DNA of 64,000 nucleotides from Camelus ferus (Eukaryota): positions 31,558,001 to 31,622,000 of the forward strand of contig NC_045705.1 of the NCBI RefSeq assembly GCF_009834535.1, written 5' to 3'. Positions 1 through 12,982 of the stretch are shown here, one piece after another (positions within the stretch are counted from its first letter, which is position 1; each line of letters starts with the position of its first letter). Position numbers and translations under genes: made by a program. Under the pieces are notes generated by a model. The model was not told the DNA's origin. It was given only the letters and a program-made list of their open reading frames with translations, and searched no databases.

Positions 1-885
1 ATGGCCAGCAGGCATATGAAAAAGTGATCAGCATCGCTAATCATCAGAGAAATGCAAGTTAAAACCACAACAAGGTATTACCTCACACCAATCAGAATGG
101 CCATCATCAAAAAGTCTACAAATAATAAATGCTAGAGAAGATGTGGAGAAAAGAGAACCCTCCTACACTGTTGGTAGGAATGTAGATTGGTTCAGCCACT
201 ATGGAGGACAGTATGGAGATTTCTTAAAAACTGAAAACAGAACTACTATGTGATCCAGCACCTCCACTCCTGGGCATATATCTGTAAAAAAAATGAAAAC
301 TCTAATTCAAAANNNNNNNNNNNNNNNNNNNNNNNNNNNNNNNNNNNNNNNNNNNNNNNNNNNNNNNNNNNNNNNNNNNNNNNNNNNNNNNNNNNNNNNN
401 NNNNNNNNNNNNNNNNNNNNNNNNNNNNNNNNNNNNNNNNNNNNNNNNNNNNNNNNNNNNNNNNNNNNNNNNNNNNNNNNNNNNNNNNNNNNNNNNAATA
501 TTATACTAAGTGAGTTAAGTCAGACAGAGAAAGACAAGTATCATAGGGTATCACTTACATGTGGAATCTAAAAATTAATACAAATGAATCTATATACAAA
601 ACAGAAACAAACTCACAGGCATAGAAGACAAACTTATGGTTACCAGGGAGGTGAAGGAGTCAGGGAGGAATGAATTAGAGTTACAGGATTCACAGATAAA
701 AGCTACTATACATTAAATACAGAAGCAACAAGGCTTTACTGTATAGCACAGGGAATTATATTCAATATCTTATAATAACCTATAATGGAATACAACCAGA
801 AAAAAGAACTGAATCACTATGCTGTACACCTGAAACTAATACAATATTATCAATCAACTGTCCATCAATAAAAAGAGGAAAAAAC
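1..885 (+). mobile_element. LINE-1 3' end (ORF2 C-terminal region and 3' UTR), runs off the window start
   Basis: Typical L1 text (gaaatgcaagttaaaaccacaacaaggtattacctcacaccaatcagaatggccatcatcaaaaag; cagacagagaaagacaagtatcat; tgctgtacacctgaaactaatacaatatt) ending in an A-rich tail at ~867-884. N-run at 313-496. Confidence 0.9.
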
Positions 886-1607
886 ATATTGTTGCTTGTA
901 TATGTTTACAAAATGGTTACTCACAAGAAATTATGGCAAAACATCTATTTTTCAAAGTTATTTATGTGTACAGTAATATCTAGCCTGATATAAAGTCCTG
1001 AGAACATGAGAAATGACAGCGTCACATGATACTCAAGTCCTTGGTTGAGAAATCTCCTGAACACAAGTTCTGAGCTCTTCCCCCCAAATCGCAAGCTCTG
1101 TACAGAGATTGTCCTTTTGGTCTCTGGCCCAGAGACCTATTTCTCTATTTCTCCTATTTATTCTGGAGGACCAGAATGGGACAGGAGCCATCATTAGAGC
1201 TTTTGTTAGAAGTTCTGCTCTAGTGTCTCACAGTTGATCCAACCAGCTCTCCCATTAGTAACTGCAGAGATATTTAATGGCATTTTTATTCCAGAAGAGG
1301 GAGTTGGTGTTGGGCTAGCTCTTAGTATCCAGAGACCTGCTCTCCAGCTGAGATAACTCACTGCCACGCTGTCTGAACTCATAAGTGGATGGCATTTATG
1401 ACCTATGTTGAAGCAAAGTGAGTCTGGGACAGACCTTTGGTCTTCCTGTGATCATGGTTAGTAAATGGCAGTAGCAGTGTTCTTGAGCTCCTCTGTCAGG
1501 AACAGCAGGCCCCAGCATACCTCATGCTCTGGTGGTGTCTCTGAAGGCTGTAACAGTGTCTGAGCAATTTTCACCAATTTTTAGCTGACTCATTTTTCCA
1601 ATTTAAG

Positions 1608-1785
1608 TCATTTAATTCTCACAACTTAAGGAAGTATGCAATGTCATTTCCTTTTTACAGATGAAAAACACAGGTAGAGAGGGGAAGCAATTTGCTAACA
1701 TTGACAAGACTGATTAATGCTGGAGACAAAATGAGAAATTAAGTTCTTTTGATCCAAAGTTCTTAATCTCTGACTTCAAAGCATC
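1608..1785 (-). mobile_element. MIR SINE fragment
   Basis: tttttacagatgaaaaacacaggtagagaggggaagcaatttgc resembles the reverse complement of the MIR core. Confidence 0.6.
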
Positions 1786-2380
1786 AGACTATTTCTGAAT
1801 CTCTTAAAACTTCATTATGTTCATGGTATGGATTCTTTTCTATAATTCAGATTTGTGATTGTTGTCTGGTTCCATGACACACACTTGTTCTTAAATCATG
1901 GGTAATTTCCTATAACAGCTGTTTCGTTTTCAGAAGATTTCCTTTGTCTGTGTCTAAACCCAGATTTTAATGTACAGGTATTTTCTGCCTTAACTCTGCA
2001 GACTTTATCAATTACGTTTCTTTTATGCCAGCTGATTCTATTTCCAACTCTTTTTGTAGACTACTGTCTACTACGGGGAATGATGGAAATATAATTGTTG
2101 GAAAGTACTTTTGTGTGCAAATGCTCTCTTCTTGGGACTGTGGTAAGTAAAAGTTTTTATTTGCCGTGGTGGGAGAACATTTATAAGCCTCTCACACTTA
2201 GAAAGGTCAGAAAAAGTATATTTTGATAAATGCACTTTGAAGACTTTTTTCCTACTGTTCTACACCTTTAAAAATGTATAATTGTTTTTCCTCTTTTAAA
2301 ATAAAACTTAGTTCTAGCTATAGCGCTGGGTATAATGAGTGTTCAAGAATATTGCTGTTGATCTATTTCATACCTACAAC

Positions 2381-2634
2381 CAGGGCAACATTATGACTTT
2401 TGTGGGCCCTTGGTACGTCTGCCTTCATGGGGCCCTTCCTCCATAAAAATATGAAAAGTTATATTTTATGACTGCATTGATGTATAGATGTCTATAATCC
2501 AAGTTGCATTTGGAGTATATTAATTTTTTATGTTTTAAAAGAAACTAAAACATTTCAGGGGATCCTAAAACCATCGTGGGCTCCAGGCACCGCATCTACT
2601 ATGCCTTCAAGGATATCAGCCCTGCTCACAATAT
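2381..2634. mobile_element. hAT-family non-autonomous DNA transposon (MER96B-like)
   Basis: Terminal inverted repeats CAGGGC...GCCCTG. Internal gggcccttcctccataaaaat and catcgtgggctccaggcac resemble MER96B as I recall it. Degenerate 8-bp TSD cctacaac/ctcacaat. Confidence 0.65.
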
Positions 2635-2762
2635 ATGGGCTCCTGAAGAAAACTGATCCAGACCGGATAATTTTTCCAAGTTTAATTAGCTATGAAGAGG
2701 AATAAAGCTCTATGAAATATCACTAGATTTTTTTTTTTTTGCCTACACACTCCACCCAAGAT

Positions 2763-3693
2763 TTATCTATCGCTAGTTTTCATTATTTGCCCCCAGAGTT
2801 TCTTCATGACATTTTTCACTTCTGCATTTCTCAGGGTGTAGATTAAAGGGTTCAACATAGGAGTTACTATGGTGCAAAACACAGTCACAGCTTTGTCAGT
2901 GGGGAAGGAGGTCACGGGTCTTAGGTACAGGAGTGAACACGGTACAAAGAATAAGATGACAACAGTGACATGAGAGGCACAGGTTGACAGAGCTTTGTGA
3001 CGCCCTTCAGAGCTGTGAGTCCTCAGGGAGCGCAGGATGAAAACATAGGAGGCAACCAGCATTGAGAAAGTTAGCAAACACAATGACCCACTGTTGGCAG
3101 CAATCAGAGGCCCCAAAGTGTGAGTGTCCTGTGCAGGCTAGCTCCAGGAGAGGTATTAAATCACACATAAAGTGGTCAATGACATTGGGGCCACAGAATG
3201 GTAACTGGATCATGAATAAAACCTGGATCCCTCCATGAAGAAACCCTAAAACTCCAGCCATTCCAACCAGGAATCCACACACATGTCTGCTCATGATGGT
3301 CATATAGTGCAAAGGCTTACAGATAGCTACATAGCGGTCATAGGCCATGGCAATTAACAAGATAATCTCAGCTGCAGCAAAGAAATGTTCAGCAAAGAGC
3401 TGAGTCATGCAACCATCGAAGGATATGGTGTTCTTTCCAGAGATCAAGTCAAAGATCATTTTGGGTGCTATGGAAGAAGAGTAGAAGCCATCTATAATGG
3501 ATAAGCAGGATAGAAAAAAGTACATGGGAGAACCCAGGGCTGGACTGATGAAGATGGTGACTGAGATGAGCAGGTTACCTGCCAATGTGGTCAAGTAGGT
3601 AATTAAAACCACAGCAAATAAGAATGTCTGCAGTTCTGGATTCTGGGTCAGGCCCAGCAGGATGAATTCTGTTACATTGCCCATCCTTTCCAT
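2763..3693 (-). pseudogene. OR4C45: Olfactory receptor OR4C45-like with a single +1 frameshift (309 aa if repaired)
   Basis: ORFs 3007..3726 and 2763..3116 join into one OR: [43 protein letters not shown], then [30 protein letters not shown]. An extra base at 3128-3129 turns TGC ACA GAC ACT into TGC ACA GGA CAC. ATG at 3691-3693, TAA at 2763-2765. [14 protein letters not shown] and [14 protein letters not shown] match human OR4C45 as recalled. Confidence 0.9.
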
Positions 3694-3726
3694 CAACTCA
3701 TCTTGGGTTATGAGCACATGGTCCAT

Positions 3727-3839
3727 CTGGAAAGATCACATTATTTCTGAGTGATGAAATGTTAAATTCAATGCTAAAATAGTTCATCACCTCTTTAGTC
3801 CTGGGCTCTGGGATTGGTGAAGCTACACCTTTCACTCAC
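3727..3839 (-). other. Predicted 113-bp intron upstream of the OR4C45-like coding exon
   Basis: Minus strand reads gccagag|GTGAGT (donor at 3839) and ctttccAG|ATGGAC (acceptor at 3727-3728). Confidence 0.45.
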
Positions 3840-5952
3840 CTCTGGCATTTTGCAGATAGTTGTAAAAACAAATAAAAGGAGGCTAAATTTCTCCTTATTC
3901 ATATTAATTGAATATATGGTGACAATACCTTACAAACACTGCAATAAGAAAAAGATGTTATTATGAATGTTGACTTACGGTTGACTTCTAGATTTTCTTC
4001 ATAGTTTTAAAAGTCTCACAGATAGCTTTCTTTCACTTTGGGGGACAAATTCCATCAACAACAGTTATTTTAAAGTTATACTTGTCTATTGGCATGAATA
4101 TTTACATGTATATGGACACAATATTCTTCTAAAAGTCAACTGTATATCAGATATGGAAGTGCCAACCAAGCTTTACTATATGTACACCAGCTGTGCTCTG
4201 TGAGCTGTTATTCCATTCTGTCAAATGAATTCACATGCACACACACAGATGAGCTGCAGATGACATTTTTGTCCCTCAAAGTGCCAAGGAATTAACCTTT
4301 ATAACAGCTCATTGAGCAGCATTCACTCAACAGCCCCGCATGTTGTGTCTGGCTCGGCATGACCTTTTCATATTCACTCTTTCCACATCTTTGAATGTCA
4401 ACATGTAAGTGGTACAAAGTTCTCTGAAATTTTCTCAATATTTCTGAAATGAATTTTCTGTTTATTTGGTCTTTCATCACATATAGAATAATGCTCTGGA
4501 GTAGGTATATTACCCTACTCACATTTTACAAATGGAATTAAATGAATCATGAAGTTTCCCTGAGTTTCCTATTGACAAGACAGAAAGGTTAAGGTCATCC
4601 GAGATAATACAATGTTCAATTTTGGCTTAAGTTTAATCAATTAAAATGAGCTTGAAGTTTTCATTGCTAACTGGTAGAAATATTGAATATATGTAAGAAT
4701 ATTTCTTTTTTGGGGGGAATGAGCTGTACATGGATTTTCAAGAGTGAGTACATGTTGTTGTGAAAGTTCATGAGATATTTTATTCTTTATCCCTCTTTTT
4801 CTTCTTTCCCCAGTCCCTGCCAAAAAACATAATCACATATTTTTCCTCAAAACTTTCTGGGCACAGAAGTCAGCATCATGATCTCTCAGTTTTCAATAAA
4901 GGTGAGGAAAGATACCTTTAGTTTCCAGGAAAGCTTAAGGCTCTGACTTGTTTCTTCTGTATCTATGGCTCCTACAGATGGTGACTACGTGGTTAATCAC
5001 TCTTAAAAGATTTAATTCACAAATTCTAACTTCAGTGTGGGACATGGAAGTCATGACAAGGGAAAAGAATTTCTAGTAACTACAAACAGAAGTCTACAGA
5101 ATCAATCTACTCAGTGAGACATAAGCATTAACCACAGTCTTGTTAAAGTGACTTTTGTAGTTCTCAACAGCGTCTTGTCTGGGAACACTACAGCCAGTGT
5201 TTTCTATTGATATTTTCATATCATTTTGTCCAAATTCATTTTTAGAGAGAAAGATTAACTTCCAATGAACAGAACTTAACTCTAAAAATTATTTTAGTGA
5301 AACTAAGTTGGTTAAATTAAGACAATCTGCTTAAATTTTGGGCAAAAGAAGTAGTTATCACTAACCTGGATTAGTTGATTGTGGATTCTTCAGTTTTTAG
5401 ATTAAGCCCAGCCATTGCTTTCTTCCTCTCAGGCATTTGCCCCACATCTGCAAATAGACTCCATGAACTAACCAGTGAGACGCTGGAAGTCTTATATCTC
5501 TCTAGACAACTCTCCAAGTCTTGGACATTTTAGTTTATTTTGTTCCCCATTATCAGTCTGGATATGGAAAACTTGATAGTTCTAGGATTTAATTTTGATT
5601 CATTTTCTTGGTTTCTTATGAAAGTATAAATGCATCTTCAAAATATATATCATGAAAAATTCTTCAAATCAGGAAAAGTTAGTATATGGAATTATAAAAT
5701 GTAAGTCAAATCCATTTGATTGGACATGATTTTCTCAAACCAATTCTGCCAAATTTTTGTTTCCCCAAAAGTCTATGAGCAATGTGGAGAGAATTCCTTT
5801 CACTCCTGATTTAAGCCCTCTTTCTAACCCATACGAAGCTTGGGAGCAGTGTCTCCCAAACAGGTCTTCAGTTTGTTGATGCACGACTATGTAGCTATTA
5901 TTTACTTGAAGGTCCTTATTTGTAATTCTTTCTTCACTGACTCTAGAAAATG

Positions 5953-6036
5953 TTTAAATAGACTTTCATGAAGTGCAGGATTTCTAATGCATGGTAGTGC
6001 ATTGACCTCTCAAGTCCTCAGAGGATTAGTAATTGG
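5953..6036 (-). promoter_or_regulatory. Putative OR promoter (homeodomain + O/E-like + TATA-like) for the OR4C45-like gene
   Basis: CAATTA/TAATCC at 6023-6035, TCCTCAGAGGA at 6015-6025 and TATTTAAA at 5953-5960. Homologous to 12983-13056 and 39463-39483. Confidence 0.6.
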
Positions 6037-6920
6037 TCCTGTTGGAATCATAGCTGAAGCATCAGCCACAGCCATTCATTTACTCCCACTTGACACCCAC
6101 AAACATCATTAGAGTCCAGTTTTAGAAATGCAGTTGCCCTTTGGTTAAACACATACCTCCCGCTATATTTACCTTACCAAGTAAGGTAAATGGAAAATTT
6201 CATGATAGGGCTTCGTCACTCATTTTGACATTGGTGAGCCTGACATAGGATGTATGGGGTGGTTTTAGGCATAGGTCAGAGTTCAGAGAATGGATTTCTT
6301 TCTGAGAATGTGACTGTCCTAAACGGTATGGTTGCCCTGAGAATAGAAACGCCAATCTTCAAAGCTATGTGCCAGATTACCCTGAGGGAGTGTGACATTT
6401 TTATTAGTGACTGACTAAGGAGACTTAGATGGCAGAATTCCCAGCTCCCAAAGATCGAGTGATTTAAAAGTCATAGTCGTATCAGCTTCTTTTAGTGTGA
6501 GAACCTAGGCAACAGATTCTTGTGATGTATTATGTAGCTTTTCTCTCTGCCCCACAGGGAGAGAATCCCGGGGACTTACTGTAAAGTACTATGCTTTCAC
6601 ACAGTAGCCACTGAGAAAATCACACTCAGGCAAACACTGATGTATAAAGACATCCAGAGGTAGAGAATAGAAACAGTATTGAAAGGAGGTTCCACTGTAA
6701 TCTTCTCTCCTTCAGCTTCTGAGGTGATAAAGAGCTGGCTGGAACCCTGCGCAGAATCACCTTTCTTTGTCACCAGCCTTTACCTTAAGGCCAAATTGAC
6801 ACACTCCTGAAGTTCAAAACAGAGAGGGAAGCAACGCATACAGCCCTATCCTCCACAGTTAACAGTTCTGCTCCTCTGTTTGTTGCCAACTTTACTCATA
6901 GTCTGTCCCTCTCTCTTGAC

Positions 6921-7604
6921 TTTTTTGTTGTGGCAAAATACACACAACATAAAACTTATCATTTTAAGTATTTTAAATGCATAGTTCAGTGGCATTAAAT
7001 ACATTCACATTGTCGTGCAAATGACTCCACCCTTTCCATAACTTTTTAAATCTTCTCAGACTGAGACTCCGTATCTATTGAATAATCACTTCTTTTTCCT
7101 GCCTTCCTCCAGCCCCTAGAAAACATTATTTTACTCTGTTTCTATGAGTTTGACTATTTTATATAATTCATGTACATGGAATTATGCAGTATTTGGTCTT
7201 CTATTACCTACATTTCACTTAGAATAATGACCTCAAGATTCATCCATGTTGTCACAAATGGCATGATTTCCTTCTTTTTAAAGGCTGAATAATATTCCAC
7301 ACATGCATGTACCACATTAAATAATCGATTTATCCATTGATGGACATTTAGGTTGTTTCCACATCTTGGCTATTGTGGATAATGCTAATATGAACATAAG
7401 AGTGCAAATACTTCCTTGAGATCCAAATTTCAGTCCTTTTAGATAAATACTCAGAAGAGGGATTACTNNNNNNNNNNNNNNNNNNNNNNNNNNNNNNNNN
7501 NNNNNNNNNNNNNNNNNNNNNNNNNNNNNNNNNNNNNNNNNNNNNNNNNNNNNNNNNNNNNNNNNNNNNNNNNNNNNNNNNNNNNNNNNNNNNNNNNNNN
7601 NNNN
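6921..7604 (-). mobile_element. LINE-1 3' UTR fragment (L1MA/MB type)
   Basis: gcatagttcagtggcattaaatacattcacattgtcgtgcaa; ttcatccatgttgtcacaaatggcatgatttccttc; gatggacatttaggttgtttccac. N-run at 7468-7604. Confidence 0.85.
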
Positions 7605-8696
7605 CCATTTAGAATGAATTGTTTACTAAACGGTTGAATATTAATGTGTATGTAATAAATAATTAACATAAGATCTAGGCATGCCTATGGAGTCATTTGG
7701 GTTGATTCAGTCCTGATGAAGGTAGAAGTAAAATTGCTAGGATTTGCAGGACTTCTGTCCTGGTCCAGATCTGGATCCCCTTCTTTTATCTGGGTTCTTC
7801 TTCTTAAAATTGCACTCTGTCTATATCTCAAATTATTTCCCATCTCCTTGGTCTACAATTGGTCTGCAATTTTCTGTTCAAATTTGAATTGTACACTTTC
7901 TGTCTTGATTACTCAGGTATCATCAACTTTTTTTTTAGTACTGGATTCTTTTGATTCTATTAGCGAAGGCACAAATCCATCCAATAAAAGCTACTTTGAA
8001 TGTCTTTTACAAAAAAAGTGCTCCACAAAATATCTTCTGCCTGGGAAATCATGTGCAAGATTGCTCTACAGTTGTACCTGGAAGAATTTTATATCCTTCC
8101 TTGGCTTTAGGCACAGAAAATAATTCATTCTAAGAAGAGCCCAGATTACAGTGTAAATGGTGCCCCCTGGAATTGTGCAGCACTGTGGAACTAATTTTGG
8201 GATAAGGCCTGCTTTAATGACTCTCATTACTTAAAATTCATTCATTTCTGACTAATTTCTATCTCTCACAATAGTAAATCTACCTTGACTACAATAGTTG
8301 GAATTAAAACTATGCATTTTAAACAAAACAGCGATTAGGAATTATTGTTTAGATATTTTAATTATTTGGCCTACTGGCTATATAATCTAAACCTGAAGCT
8401 TTAAGAAAAATTTTTTTTACTGAATACATCAATAAAGATTTCCCATACCCTGTGATTTTTATGTTGATTAGCAATGCCCCTTTGATTCATAGTAATTTGT
8501 AGATGCAAAGAACTTTCTAACTGGAAGAGGCTTTAGTCATCATTGAATCAACTCAGAGGAACATTAAATATTTCAGAAAGCAAGTGGAGTAAAATATACT
8601 TAAAGTCGCATATTTTGACTTGCAAACCATTATCCTTTCTATTAGTCACCCTTGCTCCTAAAATATGAATAGATTTTGTTTTTATCTTGTCTACTC

Positions 8697-9620
8697 TTAT
8701 GAATTGTTACCCAAGGTTACTCTTTGGCCCCAGAGCCTCCTCATGGCATTTTTCACCTCTGAGTTTCTGAGGGTGTAGATTAAAGGGTTTAACATGGGTG
8801 TTACTATGGTATAAAACACAGCCACCGCTTTATCAGTAGGGAAGGTGACCATGGGCCGAAGGTACACGAATATACAGGGTACAAAGAATAGGACGACTAC
8901 AGTAACATGGGAGGCACACGTGGAGAGAGCCTTCCATTGTCCCTCAGTGCTGTGCGTTCCTAGAGAGCAAAGGATGAGAATGTAGGAGGTGATAAGAATG
9001 GAAAAGATAAGCATACACATCAGCCCACTGTTGGCAGCAACAAAAAGTCCAAAGATGTGAGTATCAGTGCAGGAGAGCTTTAGCAGAGGGAAAAGGTCAC
9101 AGATGAAGTGGTCAATGACATTGGGGCCACAGAAGGGCAACCAGACTATAAAAAGAATTTGAATCAGAGCATGAAGAAATCCTCCGGCCCAGGCCAGGGC
9201 CACCAGGAGGCCACACACTTGCCTATTCATTGTGATCACGTAGTGCAGGGGCCTGCAGATGGTCACGTAGCGGTCATAGGCCATCACCGTGAGCAGGATG
9301 ATTTCAACTCCTCCAAAGAAGTGCTCTGCAAAGAGCTGAGTCATGCACCCACTGAAGGAGATAGTTTTCTTTTCAGCAAGTAAGTCAAATATCATTTTGG
9401 GGGCCATGGTAGATGAGCAGCAGCAGTCTATGAAGGATAAGAAAGACAGGAAAAAGTACATGGGCTCCCCCAGGGCTCTGCTAGTGGTGACTGTCACAAC
9501 AATGAGTAGGTTGCCTGCTACAGTAAGAAAGTAGATGACTGTAAACACAGCAAACAGGAGCTTCTGCACATCTGGGTTCTGTGTCAGGCCGAGCAGGAGG
9601 AATTCCGTCACGTTGTTCAT
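8697..9620 (-). CDS. OR4C5: Olfactory receptor OR4C5-like, 307 aa, intact
   Basis: MNNVTEF start (ATG 9618-9620); [88 protein letters not shown] is nearly identical to human OR4C5 as recalled. The track ORF start at 9764 is a TTG. Acceptor ttacAG at 9665-9666. Confidence 0.95.
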   Translation of the reverse strand: MNNVTEFLLLGLTQNPDVQKLLFAVFTVIYFLTVAGNLLIVVTVTTSRALGEPMYFFLSFLSFIDCCCSSTMAPKMIFDLLAEKKTISFSGCMTQLFAEHFFGGVEIILLTVMAYDRYVTICRPLHYVITMNRQVCGLLVALAWAGGFLHALIQILFIVWLPFCGPNVIDHFICDLFPLLKLSCTDTHIFGLFVAANSGLMCMLIFSILITSYILILCSLGTHSTEGQWKALSTCASHVTVVVLFFVPCIFVYLRPMVTFPTDKAVAVFYTIVTPMLNPLIYTLRNSEVKNAMRRLWGQRVTLGNNS

Positions 9621-9825
9621 TTGCTCCGTGAATCCAGTTCGGCATTTTTGGATAACGGATTTCTCTGTAAATAGCTCAGGGATTACAATTGTGGAGGATA
9701 AAATTTGATCAAGCATAGTAATTTCTGTTAGGATTATTTTCTGTAAAACTGATAAGAAACCCAAGAAGATAAACCTAAGACTTAAAGTTAGGCCACGTTA
9801 TTAGTTACATAATGGACACACAGCC

Positions 9826-9866
9826 CTCTTCTCTCTCTCTCTCATACACACACACACACACACACA
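9826..9866. repeat. (CT)n(CA)n compound microsatellite
   Basis: ctcttctctctctctctcatacacacacacacacacacaca. Confidence 0.9.
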
Positions 9867-10799
9867 TTCATATACACAAACATGGTTTTATGACTGTTGA
9901 CATTCTCGGCACCTTTCTGTAACTGTACATGGATTGATATTCTCCCAACAATTGCGGTAGTATTTTCTCCCATAGCAAAACAGTAATAAAAAGAGGACTT
10001 GGAAAGAGGGGCAGTGGCTTGAATTCCTGAGAATTTACTCTCTTGCGTCTCTTCTCTAGTCACTTGTGCTGATGAGGCTAAGCTGCAGTTTGTTATTCTT
10101 CTTATTCTTAACTTGTTTCAGGGTGAATATAAAATATAAGGTGAGTCCAATTTGAAATTAGGGATAATACAGTCACATTTCAGGGAAAAAAAAACTGAAC
10201 TGAGTGAATGTTTAAGGCTTTAGTAAGGTGTAACTGGCAGTTAGATTTGTGAACTTACATTACATTCAAATAAAATAATCTAAGGATGCCATCAAACAAG
10301 AAGAAAGAATATTCTGAAGAGGATAAGTCAGCATGATGCAATGCCGTGTCCCCCAGATTTATCTGAAACTATTTGCAGAACTTCTGTCATGTTTAGGTTT
10401 CAGAGGAATCTTGCAAATCAAACTCAACTTCGGGAAGACTATGAAAAATTCTCTAGATCTATTTAGAAAACAAGAACTTTTAAGGTAGGAAACTAAAGCA
10501 TAATAATTTGTTGGATGGAGTGTGCTCTGTGTAGTCGGATAGACTATTTTTTTCATTCTGTTTTCATTGATTAGTAGCTATGTGATGTTAGGTACAGACC
10601 TTAGTTTTACTGCAAGTAAACTTTCTCATACACAAATTAGGAAAAACTACAAATGGCATAGAGGAATTGAAGAATATCATTATTATGTAGGCCAAGATTT
10701 TAGCTTAAAAGTAGAATGCATAGCTTTCCACATACCCTAAATTCTTGATAAAAAATTAACCCCCCCACATACTATTATTATTATCTTTGAAATATTTTA

Positions 10800-12050
10800 T
10801 TGTTATAATATTAAGGAAAAACATAAATGAAGAGAGAAAATAAATTAAGTACTCAACTCAAGAGGTTAGAAAAACAATCAATTATATTCAGAAAAAGGTT
10901 GAATGCAGAAATCAATACATCAGGTAATAGAAAAATATTGGACTTAATAAATGAATTCAAAGGCTTTTTAGTATTTTAAAAGTACAGATAAAACTAGTGA
11001 GCACAGATAAGCTCAATAGAAAGCAAGTATGGTCAAATAGCAAAAGGCCATCATTTTAAAAGAAAGTTTAAAGAAAAAGAGGGAAAAGAATGGAATTCAC
11101 TAAAGACTTTAAGAAAAACACAAATTTGTTCAAAAACAGAAAAAGAAATTGATATATACCTAATCTCTGGATGAGGAAGAGCATTAAGCAAAATGTGATG
11201 GTATAAAAACCAAGGCAAAGCTAATGGGTTCAACTACATAAAAATAAAGAATATATTGGAAAAACACTTGCAACAAATATCACAGGTCACCATTATTATA
11301 GAAATAGTTTTTACAAAAAAGCTCTACTCACACTTTTAAAAACAAAGGCAAAACTAATAAAAAAAGATGCTTAGAGAAAACTTAAGATGTCTAAAAAATC
11401 TTCTATTTCATAAGTCATCAAAGAAGAATACAATTTAAAGACAGTGAAATACTTTTAATTGGCAAATTAGCAAATATTTATGACAGTTATATTACTTGGT
11501 GAGAGTGTGTTGATACAAAATATTCTGGAAAGAAGTTTAACTCCATATAATAATAAGGGCTTAATAACTGATCATGACCCTTGATTTAGTACTACTTTTG
11601 CTTAGGGATGTATTCCAGATAAAGAATATGAACAAAAATTGTGCATGCAGTTTATATTTCACATTTTTGTGATAATGCAAAAGTTAAAACAATCCAAATG
11701 TCTCCATAAAGAGGAACAATTAAATAAATTATAGTTATGAAATATTAGGTGAATGCTGAGGTTATTTGCAAGGAGAATTAATTGTGTGGAAAGATTCTTC
11801 CAACATAATATTGAGTGTAAAACAGAAGACATTAAACAGCTTATATATTATGATCCAAATTGTACAAAATGATATATATATATATATATAAAAGTACCTG
11901 GAAAAAGTGCTCTAAACACTAATAGTGCTGTTTTGAATTATGATTTAAGGGAAATATTTATATTCTTCTTTTTAAAATTTTATGATCCAAGTTTTCTACA
12001 GAGAGAATGTATTATCTTTATAATGAATATAATAATTGAATAAAAGAAAT
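10800..12050 (+). mobile_element. Old, degraded LINE-1 fragments (L1M/L1ME type); includes (AT)n at 11872-11890
   Basis: A-rich L1-like text, e.g. aaacaatccaaatgtctccataaagaggaacaattaaataaattatag and cagtgaaatacttttaattggcaaattagcaaa. Confidence 0.55.
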
Positions 12051-12982
12051 AATGTCACTTTTTCTTAGTAGACTACGAATGCTCACCCTTATTCATAAAC
12101 ATCTGTGACAGTAGAAACACATTTAAATCTAACTCACCTGTAAATTGAGGACCCTACTATCACCTTGAGAAAAATATTAGTAATAAAGAGATCACAGATT
12201 GTACCTACCTCTCTGGATGCATTTGGGAAAGAAGTAACAGATTCATTTCATAAAAAGGCATTATTTGTAGAGCACAATTTGCATGGAGGCGGCAATTACT
12301 GACCCATCACTAACTACTGCTTTAAGTAGTTCATCTGTTTTTATCTTATGTGTATTATTCCTTTTCCTCACTTAATGACTTGAAAATGATTGCGGAAAGA
12401 GATTTCCTCACAATGCTGAGTTCATGGGCCGTGTTTAGATTTTCTTTGTCTGCTTACAACATCAAGTGAGTGTGAGGCATGAGCATCCCAGCTCAGATAA
12501 TGAATTTCTTTAGTCAAACGCCTTCCAAAATGTTAGGCTTCAAAAGAAAGTGATGAGGGAAAAACCTAACCATTGGAGGCTATTTGTCTCCAAGTCACCT
12601 TACTAGATATTTGCCAGTCTTTCTTGGTACCAGATGAAGAATATTAAAATAGCCACGTGATCTGAGATCTAGCCTGATTTAAAATTCTGAAAATAACAAA
12701 CGGTGTTAAAACAGAAAAACTAGGGATTGCAAGCACCATAAAATCAGCAACAAATAAAAGTTGCCTTGGAGTGGCAAGTCCCTGAAGTTAGTGCCTTTAA
12801 GTCTTTTTCTTGGTAAGCCTGTGCTAAGCCTGGAGATATCTCCTTTGGTCCTTGGGAATCTGGATCCAAATAGTCTGGAAATTCAGAACCTAAGAGCTTC
12901 TGTGATCCGTGGCTGGTTATGCTTATATGATCTTCCTAGGTTCATCCTTATCAACATTTTCAAGTGTGGTTACAAGGAAATA

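Noticed and set aside
7716-8123. 135-aa plus-strand ORF
   Set aside because: Low-complexity Leu/Ser/Phe translation of T-rich DNA with no family motifs, antisense to the OR4C5-like 3' region.
9108-9534. Plus-strand ORFs (91 aa, 63 aa) and similar antisense ORFs at 21079-21486, 21503-21853, 42299-42634 and 54378-54641
   Set aside because: They are antisense shadows of OR coding sequence. The same pseudo-motifs ([10 protein letters not shown]) recur only because the OR strand is conserved.
9717-9764. 355-aa version of the OR4C5-like ORF, and the 42059 start
   Set aside because: Both track starts are TTG codons. The canonical OR starts are at 9620 and 42062, downstream of splice acceptors.
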